A DNA stretch of 64,000 nucleotides, from NCBI RefSeq assembly GCF_006345805.1, contig NC_043020.1, positions 3,782,001-3,846,000 on the forward strand, in the 5' to 3' direction. Each line of letters opens with the position of its first letter. The stretch's first letter is position 1. The position numbers and the translations under genes are program-made. This document shows, one piece after another, positions 1-12,118 of the stretch. Source of the DNA: Octopus sinensis (taxonomy: Eukaryota). The notes beneath the pieces are model-generated. The model made no database searches, was not told where the DNA came from, and worked only from the letters and a program-made list of their open reading frames with translations.

Positions 1-60
1 CAACAAGGAGAGATTCCCCAATCTCTGAGCTATACACCTTGTATTATATATATATATATA

Positions 61-222
61 TTTTTTTCCTCTCCTTGTTTTTTCTGTGTCCCTTTCTGTA
101 GAAGAGCATAGGCTCGAAACATAAAAGACTTTTTCTACTCCTGAGCGTTATACTAATGCATCTGTTTGTTTTGTACACCACCTGTCTTCGTCTTTTGTTT
201 TTTTCGTAAACTTTCCCTATAC
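61..222 (+). mobile_element. Short (TA)n-embedded element with a minimal hammerhead-like motif (probable Penelope-like pLTR derivative), copy 1
   Basis: Flanked by (TA)n; CUUU-CUGUAGA-A-GAGC/GCUC hairpin-GAAACAUA-AAAG at 92-127; near-identical to 22305-22462. Confidence 0.6.
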
Positions 223-238
223 ATATATATATATATAT

Positions 239-1493
239 AAATAATGGAAACACCTTAAAATTTCAAACAAATTTATTTTAATATCGGGTAGGACCACCTT
301 TGGTAGTAATTACAGCTTGAATTCTACGAGGTATGAACTTGTACAAAGTTTGAATTATTTCCAAAGGAAATAATTTAGCTGAATTCTTCAGCTAAAACAG
401 TCTCCAGTTCTTGTAGTGATGATGGTGGAGGATATCAACTCCTTATATGTTTTTCTAAAATGCACCATTTCAATAATATTGAGATCTGGGGACTGTGGTG
501 GCCAGATAAGATGTTCAACTTCACTAGAATGTTCCTCGTGCCATTCAGTAACAACTTTAGCTGTGTAAATTGGTACATTATCATCCTGAAAGATTGTACT
601 TCCTCCTGGAAACAGTTCCACAACTATAGGGTGGATTTGATCAGATAAAATGCTTAAATAGTCTTGACTATTAATTCTGCCATGAAGGGAAACCATTGGG
701 CCAGCAGATTTTCAAGATATAGCCCCACTCCACCCCATCACCACAGATCCTCCTCCATGTTTAACAGTTGGAACAGGGCAGTCTGGGTCAAATGCTTCTT
801 TTGGCTGTCTCCACACATATACTCGGCCGGTGATTGGAAATAAGGTAAAAGATGACTCGTCTGAGAAAATAACATTCTTCCACTACTCAAGGGACCAATT
901 CTGTAGGTTTTTACTCCACTCTAAACACCTTGCAACGTTTGTTTTTGAAAGTAGTGGTTTTCTGATTGCAGGCCTTCCATGAAATCCAGCTTTGTGCAGC
1001 TCCTGGGGAACAGTTTTTGTGGAAACTGGGTTCTCATGGTGGTCATTAAGCTGTGCAGTAATTTTGGGAGCTGTACTTTTGTGATCCTTCCTAACAATTC
1101 ATGTAAAACTCCGACGGCCCCTATCTGAAAGTTTTGGGTTTCTTCCAGAGTTCTGTTTCAATGAGGAGGTTTTCCTCTCTCTTTCTCAAAGGCTGTCATA
1201 ACTTTTGAGACAGTACTTCTTGATACCCCAAACATTTTGGCTGTTTTCTTTATGCTAGTGGCTGCCATACGAGCACCAACAATTTTACCTCTTTGAAAGT
1301 TCGATAAATCTGTCATTTTAATGAATTTTAATTACCCTTTTCTGATAATATCTGAAAAGAAATAGCAATTTTAGCAAAATATATTAAGCAACACTAATAA
1401 TAAATGAAAAAACATAAAATAAACAAGCTTCTGATGGTCTTATAGATATTTCAAAATCATGCCGGGTGTTTCCATTATTTTGTCCAACCCCTG
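239..1493 (-). mobile_element. Decayed Tc1-like (DD34E) DNA transposon
   Basis: Right TIR CAGGGGTTGGACAAAATAATGGAAACACC next to TA; left TIR remnant AATAATGGAAACACC. Transposase remnants FSDES, FQDDNVPIYTAK and WPPQSPDLNIIE, with stops and frameshifts. Confidence 0.92.
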
Positions 1494-1970
1494 TATATAT
1501 ATATATATATATACATATATATGCAAACACACACACATATATATATACAAATACTAATTTATAATCAAGGGTAACAAATAGTACTAGCATTGCTAGAATT
1601 TTACTTTTATGGTTATTTTTATGCTTGCTAGTCACTTATATTATTATTATTTACTAATAATAACATCTTTATATATTTTTTATAATTTTACTCACTTCAC
1701 TCATCTTTTAATTTGCTGCTGCATTCAAATGGCCAATACATTCATGGCAACACGCATATCTTTATCACAGAGTTTGAAATCCTGTGATATGAGTACATTG
1801 GCAAATCTCGTGCGATTTTCACTTACTATTGGTAAGTTGACTTTTCTATTTATTTGTTTCTTTGAATTCACCAGTGTGTATAAGTGATAAATGTAGTTTT
1901 GAGTCGTTTTGACTCTTCTTTCTAGTAATACTGAACTCAAACCCATGTGGTTACAATGTGAGCTTCTTAT

Positions 1971-2320
1971 CTATGGCAGCAGTCCGGATACTTCTTGGTC
2001 AGGCCACATCTTGGAAACGCCTGAACCACTCCTACACTTGCGTTTGCAGCTCCTATCCATACACTTTCTGCAACTTTGCATATGCCTCTGAGCAAGTATC
2101 GCCATGACAACTTTATCTGTCATGGTCAATAGGATGATCACATGCTACACACCTTCCTTCCAAGCACGGCTGTAAACAGTGGAAACGAGCTAGAACGTTA
2201 AAGCTTAATGCACACGCACAGCAGAGTCCAAGGTCAATTTGTGTCAAATGGCTTCACTCTGTGTACTTTAGCTTTATTACTATGACGACAGTCCGGATAC
2301 TTATTGATCAGACCTCGTAC
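1971..2320 (-). mobile_element. mariner-type 5' end fragment / MITE
   Basis: TACGAGGTCTGATCAATAAGTATCCGGACT terminus; homologous to 22477-22745. Confidence 0.65.
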
Positions 2321-2632
2321 ACCCTAACATAATATAAACATCCATAGTTATGAGTGTATATTACATTAGGACAATTACATCTGGACAATTACAGCAAAGG
2401 TCAAAGAATGAATAAAGAAATAACCAGAAAAATAAACCAAAGTTGCCTCAACTTACATTAAAATTTCCGTTCTCAGCCAAGCCACCATTTTCAACATCTG
2501 TTGAAAAAAAGATAAAATATAGGGGCTTTGCGAACTGGATATATATTTACACACACACATAGAGAGAGAGACAATGATGCAAATAAACAGATAAAACTCC
2601 TTGGTTTGATGTAGAGTGTATATATATATATA

Positions 2633-3065
2633 TCATCATCATGGCTTGGCTTCGCGAACAAAGATCAGGAAGGCTGTCCACGCTGCGTACAAGTAAGCTC
2701 ATGACTGACAAGTCCGATATGGGAAAGGCAGGTCCATGAGCAGTGTCCACAGATGAAGGTAACATCCGGTGTGGTGTCAGAAGTGGCTCGCACCTTCCTC
2801 CTGCGTATCTTCTTTGTTCCTCCAACTCGTTGACTGCGTTGAAGATTGTGTGGCACCAGACATCACGGTCCACAGCCAGGTCTGACCAGCACTGGTGGTT
2901 AATATGACATTCCATTAGAGACTTCTTGAGGCAGTCTTTGTAGCGCTTCCTCGGAGCTCCTCTCACTCGGTGGCCGGCGGAGAGTTCGCCAAACAGGACA
3001 ATCTTAGGAAGGTGATGGTTCTCCATTCTGGAGACATGCCCTGCCATTGGAGGTGGGACTTCAGT
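2633..3065 (-). mobile_element. RTE (BovB-like) LINE 3' fragment
   Basis: AGHVSRMENHHLPKIVLFGEL..RGAPRKRYKDCLKKSL followed by a CxxC...H zinc-finger-like tail, ending in (GAT)n. Confidence 0.88.
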
Positions 3066-3128
3066 AGCATGGCTTCAATGTATATATATATATGTACATA
3101 TATATATATGTATATATATATATATGTA

Positions 3129-3420
3129 CAAGGGGGTACCCAAAAGAAACCGTAATTTTGTAATATTAATTTATTCCCTTAGTTTTACATGTTTATACTT
3201 TTATCCCCTTCAAAGTATTCTCCATGTGAAGCAATGCATCAGTCCAGATGCATTTTCCACTGTTTGAAGCAGTCCTGGAACTCTTGCAAAGTGATACCTT
3301 TTAATGTCCCCATCGTTTTTTTCTTCACCTCTTCCACATCAGCAAAATATTTTCCTTTAATGACTTTTCTCATCTAGAAGAACAAAAAAAGGTTGCAGGG
3401 AACAAGACTGGGTGAAAAAG
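3129..3420 (-). mobile_element. mariner transposase 3' fragment with TIR
   Basis: TA-CAAGGGGGTACCCAAAAGAAACCG terminus; minus-strand remnant KGKYFADVEEVKKKT..FQDCFKQWK..CIASHGEYFEGD. Confidence 0.8.
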
Positions 3421-3758
3421 GAAATCCAAAATGTTTCCCTTTTACAAATGTCCATGGGATGATACACAATGCCGAAAAGCAATGGAACTGTATTTCATCA
3501 AAAATTCTCTCCAAAATTGAATGTTTGGAAGAAAAGCGGAGACAGAAGATTTTGTAGATGTTATATGAATGTTCTCTCATGCAAAAGACATTGAAAGAAC
3601 CGAGATCAAAGTTACACAGTATGAACATGGACAGGTTCCCAAGCCAACACACAGACATTTCTTCATCAAAGGATTCTCTCCAAAATTGAATGTTTGAAGG
3701 TAAAGTGGAGAATTTGCATTTTTTATTCCAAATGTGGCTCATCTCTATAAATGTTCAG

Positions 3759-3800
<42 letters not shown>

Positions 3801-4939
3801 AGCATTGGGATGCTCCAGCTTTACAGATATATATTTATTCATTTTATTTGTTTTATTTTTAAAATTGTTAATTTGCAAATATACTAAAGTTTTTTATGCA
3901 GGACTACATTTCATCAAAAAATTCCCTCCAAAATTGAATGTTTGGCAGGGGTCAGTACATTTTGTATTCTAAATGTAGATCAAAGGGGAGAAAAAGAAAG
4001 CAAAATGACTTTCAGTGATGACCAAACAACACATGTTTTTTTTTTGTTTGAAGAGGTCACCATTCCAATACAATGGTAAAGGACTAAATAAATGAATGGT
4101 GAATAGGAAGGGGGATACCTACCTACCTATTTATCTATCTATCCATCCATCCATCTTGATTGTCATGAAACCTCACCCAAACAACAAAATCAATGTTCTT
4201 TTCTAAACAAAACCTCCCAAAAACATCTGTTTTTATATATAAATGAACAAGCTGTTTGTATATTCACAGAATTTTATTTGACAAGTTCAAAAAAGGAACA
4301 AAAGCTCTAATAATAATAAAGAAAAAAAAAGATTTTTATCCAATATATATATATGTATAAATATTTATGTATATCTATATCTATCTATCTGTATATATAT
4401 ATAGAGAGAGAGATAGATATAGATATACATAAATCATCATCATTTAGCGTCCGCTTTCCATGCTAGCATATACATATATTTATGTATATATGCATATATA
4501 TATTTATGGTGCAGCCATCTGTTTGCCAGCCCTCAGTCATTCGTCCAACCCATGCTAGCATGGAAAGCGGACGTTAAACGATGATGATGATGATGATGAT
4601 GATGACTAGTCATGGAAGATTGGAAACAAATGACACCATTTGCATAACGGTGACATATTTTGACAACTACCATGTAATATCAAGTCAAGAAGATAGTAAA
4701 GGACACACAGACACACACAAAATACTGAAGATTACGGAAACCATAAATGGGTGACAAGTACTAAGAACACAGACATATTGCACAACAGCTGAAAACCATC
4801 TGCAATGGATGGTAGGTCTGCCAGATCCCTTGATTTCAGTCTACTGTACTTTCTCTGTGGCAGCTAGCAGTTCTGGCATCCATTCCAGTTGATTCTCATC
4901 TGTTACTATACATTTCTGTACTCTTAGCACCATACATCA

Positions 4940-5255
4940 TCATCATCATCATCATCGTTTAACGTCCGCTTTCCATTCTAGCACGGGTTGGACGGTTCGA
5001 CCAGGGTCTGGGAAGCCAGGAGGCTGCACCAGGCCCAGTCTGATCTGGCAGTCTTTCTACAGCTGGATGCCCTTCCTAATGCCAACCACTCTGTGATTGT
5101 AGTGGGTGCTTTTTACATGCTAGGGGAGGCTGGCTGCGGCCACGATCGGTTGGTACTTTTTACGTGCCACCGGTACGGAAGGCAGTCAAGGCGGCGCTGG
5201 CATCGGCCACATATGGATGGTGCTTTTTACGTGCCACAGACACAGGTATCACATA
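4940..5255 (-). mobile_element. SINE-like repeat with (GAT)n RTE-type tail (related copies at about 10540-10795, 15890-16410, 18305-18600, 44390-44600, 50015-50340, 53335-53505, 58840-59220)
   Basis: Shared CATCATCGTTTAACGTCCGCTTTCCATGCTAGCATGGGTTGGACGG end and GGATGCCCTTCCTAATGCCAACCACTC core. Confidence 0.8.
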
Positions 5256-5544
5256 CGTCTATATGAAAAGACTTGTCAAGGTAAACACCACAGTATTTGT
5301 CATTTTAATCATACATCAATGTTTAGCAGGATTTAAAGATTGCCATTCAGTAGCAATGCTGCTCCCATCACTAATATTTATTTCATAAATGTCTGTTAGT
5401 GATGCCAGAATTTATCACTGCATTGTCAGATCCTGATGTGAATGATTTCTTTTTGATTTATTCCAAAAGAAATGAAGAATAAATAGGAGATACCCACCAA
5501 TGATAACTGATTTGGCAGCTCCTGATGGGAAATGTAATTCTTAC

Positions 5545-5634
5545 CTGATTTAATTGTGACACCATTTGCATTTTCTGTGCGATCTGGATCAGGTATATAT
5601 GATACACAGTTGAGCTTGTCTTCGCCTGCATGAA
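5545..5634 (-). CDS. SLC20A: SLC20/PiT probable exon 8 (intracellular loop)
   Basis: Acceptor TTTTTATTTCAG|TT; reads (I)HAGEDKLNCVSYIPDPDRTENANGVTIKS(G); donor AG|GTAAGA; 90 nt, phase 1-1. The C-terminal PHO4 repeat must lie left of the window. Confidence 0.75.
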
Positions 5635-6939
5635 CTGAAATAAAAATAACAGAAATAGGAAAATGCAAGTGAAATTAGCTTAGAACACAAGTGAACATAA
5701 AATCATCTTCTCTGGTACTTATTCTATTGGTCTTTGATGCTAAACTGCTACAGGGACATAAACAAACCAACACCAGTTATCAAGCAGGGTGAGAACAAAC
5801 ACAAACACACACAGACACCAAATTCACCCACAAGATGGGGCTAACACAGAAAACATCTGTCCAAGGTGTTATGCAGTGGGACTGAACCTGAAGCCATGAG
5901 CTTGCAAAGTGAGCTTCTTAACCAAACAGCCATGCTTAATTTCTAAGACTAGCACAAGGTCCAAGAATTTAACAGGGAGTACCAACTTTGGTACTTCACA
6001 GAAAGATGGAAGAAGACAAAGTCAACCCTGACAAAATTTGAACTCAGGGTTATAATTAAATACCACAAAGCATTTTGTCCAACACTCCATGGACAATGCC
6101 ACCCACTGCCCTCAGCTATAAAGATATCAAACTTAAGGGCCAGATCAAGAGAGATGACCTTAGTATACAAATGGTACTTTATTCTAGTCTCCCAAAATAT
6201 GAAAGATGTCACATAAGCAACATTTGCTCTAGTAAAGGGATGTGGACATAACACAAGAAGGCATGGCATCTCTTCAGGCACTCGATTAATCATTGTCAGT
6301 CTTCAAGTACTATGAGAGTGGTGAATGACGCCATCCTCATAATAACTGTCTGCCTTACACATAATAAAGCATGGCTGTGTGGTTAAAAGGTTTGCTTCTC
6401 AACCTTTTAGTCTTGGGTTCAAATAATAGAGGTGGGTAGTGAAAATGAATGCTTGGGAGAGACATTAGTGTTGAATGAGTTGTGTAATTTGTTGTCTGCG
6501 TAAACAACTATTTTCATTCTCTTCATTCCACATCACTTCATACAGGTTGCTGACAAAAGCTACACGTTTTGTACCCGTGTCACTCTAAAGAAACCGTGGT
6601 AATGTGTGTGGGCATATATCTGGTTTTGTTAGGTGAAAGGAGAGGTTGGTCTCACTATACAGAATTATTCTACTTGGTTTAACTGTTTGCATACCAACCC
6701 AACCAAGACTATGGTTAATTCTGACACTAAACACTTCAACAAAACTTTACGTCAAATCATCCTGTTATGCTTCAAAACACCTGATTTATGAGAAAATTTA
6801 TAATTTTATTGAATCACCCTTTAGATTTATGAGAAGTAAAGCATTGTCCCTGAATCCGTATCAGGTTTCTAAGACATGTTAGGCTTCCTCTAACTGGAGA
6901 CCTGACCTAAATGCTTGCAACAGAGTGAACTCTGCTAAA

Positions 6940-7180
6940 GGTTTTACAGAGTTGCACCAGGAGCAATCATCATTAGTTTCTCTGGCTGGTTTCCTAAGTG
7001 TGACCAGCTGAGGCTATGAACATCATCCAACTGCCAGGAGATGTTGACCAAGAGGCTTACCTCTAGGTCTCCCATCAGTTGGCTTGACTTTAAGAACTTG
7101 TCTTGCATTTTTCCCTGTGACATTCTAATCCCATGTCCAACCTGGGGAAACTCCCTGATCTCCAAGCTATGCACCCTGTT
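6940..7180 (-). mobile_element. RTE-like LINE 3' fragment (inverted partner at about 7745-8000, + strand)
   Basis: HSLEIREFPQV..GHGIRMSQ remnant; about 190 bp are the reverse complement of 7810-8000. Confidence 0.6.
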
Positions 7181-8181
7181 GTGTAATATTGAAGAATTAA
7201 ATAGTTACAGGTTACGATAGTACATAGAGTTACAGGGTTAGATGAGTGAATGAATGAATGAGACGATTAAAAGATGAGAGAGAAATTCTTAGCACATCGC
7301 AAAACAACAGTGAATCAAGCGACGTGAAAGTCTAACATGTGCTATGTAATATATGCAATACACATATTTGTATGACTGATGTCTCCAGCAAACATGTATA
7401 TGGTTTGTGTATGGCCAAGTTACTAAAACTATCTAAAGACTCAGTCCACCTGACTGATTACACTGTAATAGATTAAGTCTACCATCAAAGCAGGATATGT
7501 CAGTATTTGAACTCAGAATGCAAAAAGTCACAATAAACATCTGCCCCTAACATTTCAGCCAGTCCATTGCTGTACTTTATTTATCAACTCCAGAAGGGTG
7601 AAAGACAAAATTGAATCCAGTGTGATTTGAACTCACAACACAAAATGCAGCAATAAATACTGCAAGGTATTTCATCTAATGCTTTAATGCCTCTTTCAAT
7701 TTGACACCTTAATTAAACACATAATAATGTTGAGTAATGACCAAAGGTGTTCTAGAGAAACTAGAAGTGGCAGAAATAGGGTTCTTCAGAAGAATCTCTG
7801 GAGAATATTACACAACAGGGTGCATAGCTTGGAGATCAGGGAATTCTCCAAGTGAAGCCAACTGATGGGAGACCTAGAGGTAAGCCTGTTGGCCAACCAT
7901 TATATCTCCTGGCAGTTGGATAATATTTATAGTCTCATTTGGTCACATTTAGGAAACCAGCCAGAGAAACTAATGATGGTTGCTCCTGGTGGAACTCTAA
8001 CCTTATTAATATAAATAATTCCACTAATCCTTATATATCTCAAATACTACTTTAAATTCTAGTAATTGTATTTACATTAATTACATCCCTTTCAAAACTG
8101 TTTGCTTCCCTTGCATCCAGTTGTTTTCACTTAGGTATATGTTTATACCCAACACTGCTTGACAACCGGTGTTAATTCACC

Positions 8182-8213
8182 GTCAGTGACCCCCAAAGCG
8201 AAACCGGTATGAC
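8182..8213 (+). ncRNA. Degenerate minimal hammerhead-like motif with G3:C8 core
   Basis: GUCA-GUGACCC-CCAAAGC-GAA-ACCGGU-A-UGAC: 4-bp stem I, perfect palindromic stem III ACCGGU and GUA site, but A9 is C and stem II is essentially unpaired. Confidence 0.35.
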
Positions 8214-8377
8214 TTTTTATAATGATTTTATTTGTAAATATTTTTGTCTTTGAAAAAAGCCATTACATTCAAACCTTGGGTGCATTTTCTTTTTTCTTTC
8301 TACTTTTCACTTAATTACACCACATGAGGTCTTTTTTCTTTGAACCTATTTTTATTATTATTATATATATATATATA

Positions 8378-8933
8378 TGATGCATCTTTCCAAATGCATA
8401 TTGCTAATCTGGTGATAAAATGCAGACGGCTAGCTGGATGGATTCTCCGAACTTTCAGAACAAGAGAGAAGGAGACACTGATGGTCCTATGGAAAACATT
8501 CGTCCTCAGCCGCTTGGACTACTGCTCCCAACTTTGGTCACCACACAATATAAAACTAACAACAGAACTCGAAGCAATTCAGAGAAGCTACACAAAGAAA
8601 ATCGTCTCAATGCAAAATATCAGCTACTGGGAAAGACTGAAGGTATTAAACCTCTTCTCCCTAGAGCGGAGGCGGGAGAGATATGCAGTGATATACATCT
8701 GGAAAATCCTGGAGGGTCTTGTCCCAAACTTTGGCATTCAAAGTTACTCCAACCGCAGAACGGGGCGCCACTGCATGGTGCCAAGGATTCCAACATCACC
8801 ATCAAAATACAGGTCCAGATACTGCAACAGCTTGGGTTTCAGAGGACCACAGCTCTTTAACATCCTCCCTAAATGCCTGAGAGACTTACATGGTGTGGAT
8901 GTGGGTTTCTTTAAAACTAAACTGGATCTCTTC
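8378..8933 (+). mobile_element. CR1/L2-clade LINE reverse-transcriptase C-terminal fragment
   Basis: ORF 8340-8975 contains LWKTFVLSRLDYCSQLWSPH, YWERLKVLNLFSLERRRER and FKTKLDLFL. Confidence 0.92.
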
Positions 8934-9655
8934 TTGTGTAATATTGAAGAATTAAATAGTTACAGGTTACGATAGTACATAGAGTTACAGGGTTAGATGA
9001 GTGAATGAATGAATGAAACGATTAAAAGATGAGAGAAAAATTCTTAGCACATCGCAAAACAACAGTGAATCAAGCGACGTGAAAGTCTAACATGTGCTAT
9101 GTAATATATGCATCATAACCCTCCCAAGAATGGTGGGTGGAGAAAATGGATGGAATAAGATGATGCAGAGTTAAAGAAAATAATAAGAGATTCATATTAA
9201 AAAAAAAAAAAAAATAATTTAATAAAATAAAAGAACAAGTTTTTCAAAACAATTTGGCACTTGTGTAACACTGGGTATTATTTGCCAGATATAAATAACA
9301 CATCATGAAGATCAATAACAACAACAGAAAAAGAAAACAAAAAAAAGTTAATATAAACAAAATAAAAACTACAAACTAATATAATTTTAAAAGAAATACA
9401 ATTTCATTACAGACCAGAAAGAAAAAAATTAAAATTGAGACTGTAAGTGATTAGTAATGAGTAGTAGTAGTAGTAGTGGTGGTGGTGGTGGTGGTGGTGG
9501 TGGTTAGTAGTAGTTGTAGTGTTGCAGTCTACTTTTCACATTTACAGATGTTGAAAAACACAAAACTTAGCATCCTTCTCACCTGACCCCCATAAAAATT
9601 AAAGAAAACCATGCAAACACAAACTGGCAATTCCTTACCCATGCACCCACATTAC

Positions 9656-9692
<37 letters not shown>

Positions 9693-11238
9693 GTTATCAT
9701 ATCAATCTGACACTACCAATAATAACTAAGACTTTGGATTATTTTATGCATTATTGGTAAAAACTGGTGTTAAACTAGGTTTCTTCTTCTTCTTCTTCTT
9801 CTCAACTGCTGTTTGACCCTTGAGTGTGAAGAAGAAAAATCAATAAAAGAAAAAGAAAAAGAAAAAACAAAACAAAATAAATACACAGAGAGACTCTTCC
9901 TGTCCTTTTGCGTTTCAAAGTCTTGAAAAATACAAAGTATGAAAAACTGACAAAAAATTCTCTTTTCGAATAGATTCTGGGAAACTGTCAATATAATTAG
10001 CAGTACATCTCTATCACTGTTTGTCCGTCCCCCTAAAAGGAGGTAACTCTCATTATATTCTCCCTTTCTTATTATACACCATAAACACAAGGCACAGCTG
10101 TACGGCTAAAAAACTCATTTTGCAACCATGTGGTTTTGGGTTCAGTCCCACTGCACAACACATGTATACACACACATCTATTTATGTATGTGTGTGTCTA
10201 TGCTTGCGTTTTGACACCCACCATTGCTTGACAAAAGTCATTGATTTGTTTACATTCTTGTAACTTAGTGGTTTGGCAAAAAAGACCAATAGAATCTCAA
10301 TATATATAAACCGTCTGTGTGTGTGTCCTTTATACAAATCCACAATTTTTCAGTTAGAGGGCTCACATTTTCTATGGTCATTCAAAACCATCCAAGGGTG
10401 GTCGTGCACATCTTTACATTTCCCCAGTCACCCCGCAAAGCCATTAAAAAATCAATAGAAGTGATTTTTTTGTGAATTTTCTATCCAAGACCCAATCAAA
10501 ATGTTGGGCTTCATGGAGGCAATGACCAAGCCCTTTGGCATTATGTTGTGCTTGAGAAGAGGACCCATCAAGCCGAGCAAAATCGCAGTTGTGGCAGATA
10601 TTGGTGTCAAGCAAATGGCACGTAAAAGCATCCATTACACTCTCGGAGTGGTTGGCATTAGGAAGGGCATCAAGCCATAGAAAACCATGCCAAATCAGAC
10701 TGGAGTCTGGTGCAGCCCTCCAGCCGTGCCAGCCCTGGTCAAACCGTCCAACCAATGCCAATATGGACAATGGATGTTAAATGATGATGATGTAAAGTCT
10801 TTATACATCTAATTCATACATACACACACACATGACCTCAATGATTTAGATTACAGAGGGTTTAGTTAAAAGCTAGGGAGACTTGGCCGCTGTTGTATAA
10901 ATTCGTTAAATTACCTAATTTCATTGTCATTATCATCTTCATTATTATTACTGTTTTATAATGTTTATATTGTTTTAGGTCAAATATTTAGATCTATTTG
11001 CTACTAGATACTATTTGTGTATCTGGTACTAGATACAAACTATATGAAACTGTTCCAACTAAGAGGCAGCTGTAAGAACAGAACCAGGGGGCTTCCAGTG
11101 TGTATATATTTGTGTCTGTTATATAAAGTTTTGAAAAGAAAAGGAAATTAATGGAACTGGGACAACTAAATTTGTTATCTAAATTAAGCAGAGGGAGGAG
11201 GAGGAAGAGGAGGAGGAGGAGGAGAGGTGGGCGCTCAC

Positions 11239-11331
11239 TCTCTATTTCAGGCACATTGTCAGGAAGTTTTTCATAGAGGCTTTCAGCAGAGTTCTCTGGT
11301 GTCCGAACACTGTGCATTTTCTGACATTTAG
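11239..11331 (-). CDS. SLC20A: SLC20/PiT probable exon 7 (start of the large intracellular loop)
   Basis: Strong polypyrimidine acceptor CTCTTTTAG|CT; reads (A)KCQKMHSVRTPENSAESLYEKLPDNVPEIE; donor A|GTGAGC; 93 nt, phase 1-1, in frame with exon 6. The loop is not conserved enough to confirm by homology. Confidence 0.75.
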
Positions 11332-12070
11332 CTAAAAGAGAAACACAAGGCAAAAAGGAAAAGGGAAAAAAGATAAAATGTAAGAAATTATAAATAAAAT
11401 ACAGAACAACTGTACACGATTATCATAAATTTCTCTCTAGTGATTCATAGCTGCCATGATTTTGATTTTTTAAGCAAAATTTCTTTTTTTTTTGTTTTCT
11501 TTATTCAAACATGGTCGTGTGGTTAAGAAATTTATTCCAAAACCATTGGGTTGGCAGATAAATTCATTTTTCTTTTCTTCTTCCATTTATTTTAATTTTC
11601 ATTTTTCATGAACAATTTGATGCCAGAAATCACCAAGTCTTGACTGGTTTGTAAAAACTGTTGACAAAAAAATAAAGATCCAAATAAATGGAAAAAACCG
11701 AATGAATGAATTTACCTTCCAACCGAAGATGTTATTCTGGGTTTGATTGCAATGTATGATGCTTGAAGTGTCTCCTACCATAACTTTAGATCAAGAAGGA
11801 TCTTGTGGGTGAAATTTGGTAGAAAGATACTGTGCTAAAAGTAGCAACCAAACCTGTCATGCCATACCATATTAAAAACAGCAAAGATCCATTCGATGGA
11901 TGTAGCCTCTGTATGATTATGTTTGGAAAAGCAGGACAGTCATGGTTGGAACACTTTTGAACATCTGCTAAACAAGGACATCAACAACAACAAAAAATGG
12001 AGGAGACTTTAAAAAATATATCTAAGATCCATTTGCTATTTATTTCCAACTGTTGTAAATCATGTGTGCA

Positions 12071-12118
<48 letters not shown>

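Noticed and set aside
1690-1860. Splice-like motifs on both strands and a short ORF
   Set aside because: All minus-strand frames have stops before the donor; no recognisable SLC20 or other homology.
4724-4755. CTGAAGA...GAAAC hammerhead-like spacing
   Set aside because: No stem I, no workable stem II, and G at the cleavage position.
6548-6606. CTGACAA...GAAACCGTGGTA
   Set aside because: Positions 3 and 8 are not complementary and there is no stem I pairing.
9760-9830. Strong polypyrimidine tract then CAGCAG and (AAG)n on the minus strand: possible extra SLC20A exon
   Set aside because: Reads into poly-Lys and a stop with no good donor; best explained by a microsatellite.
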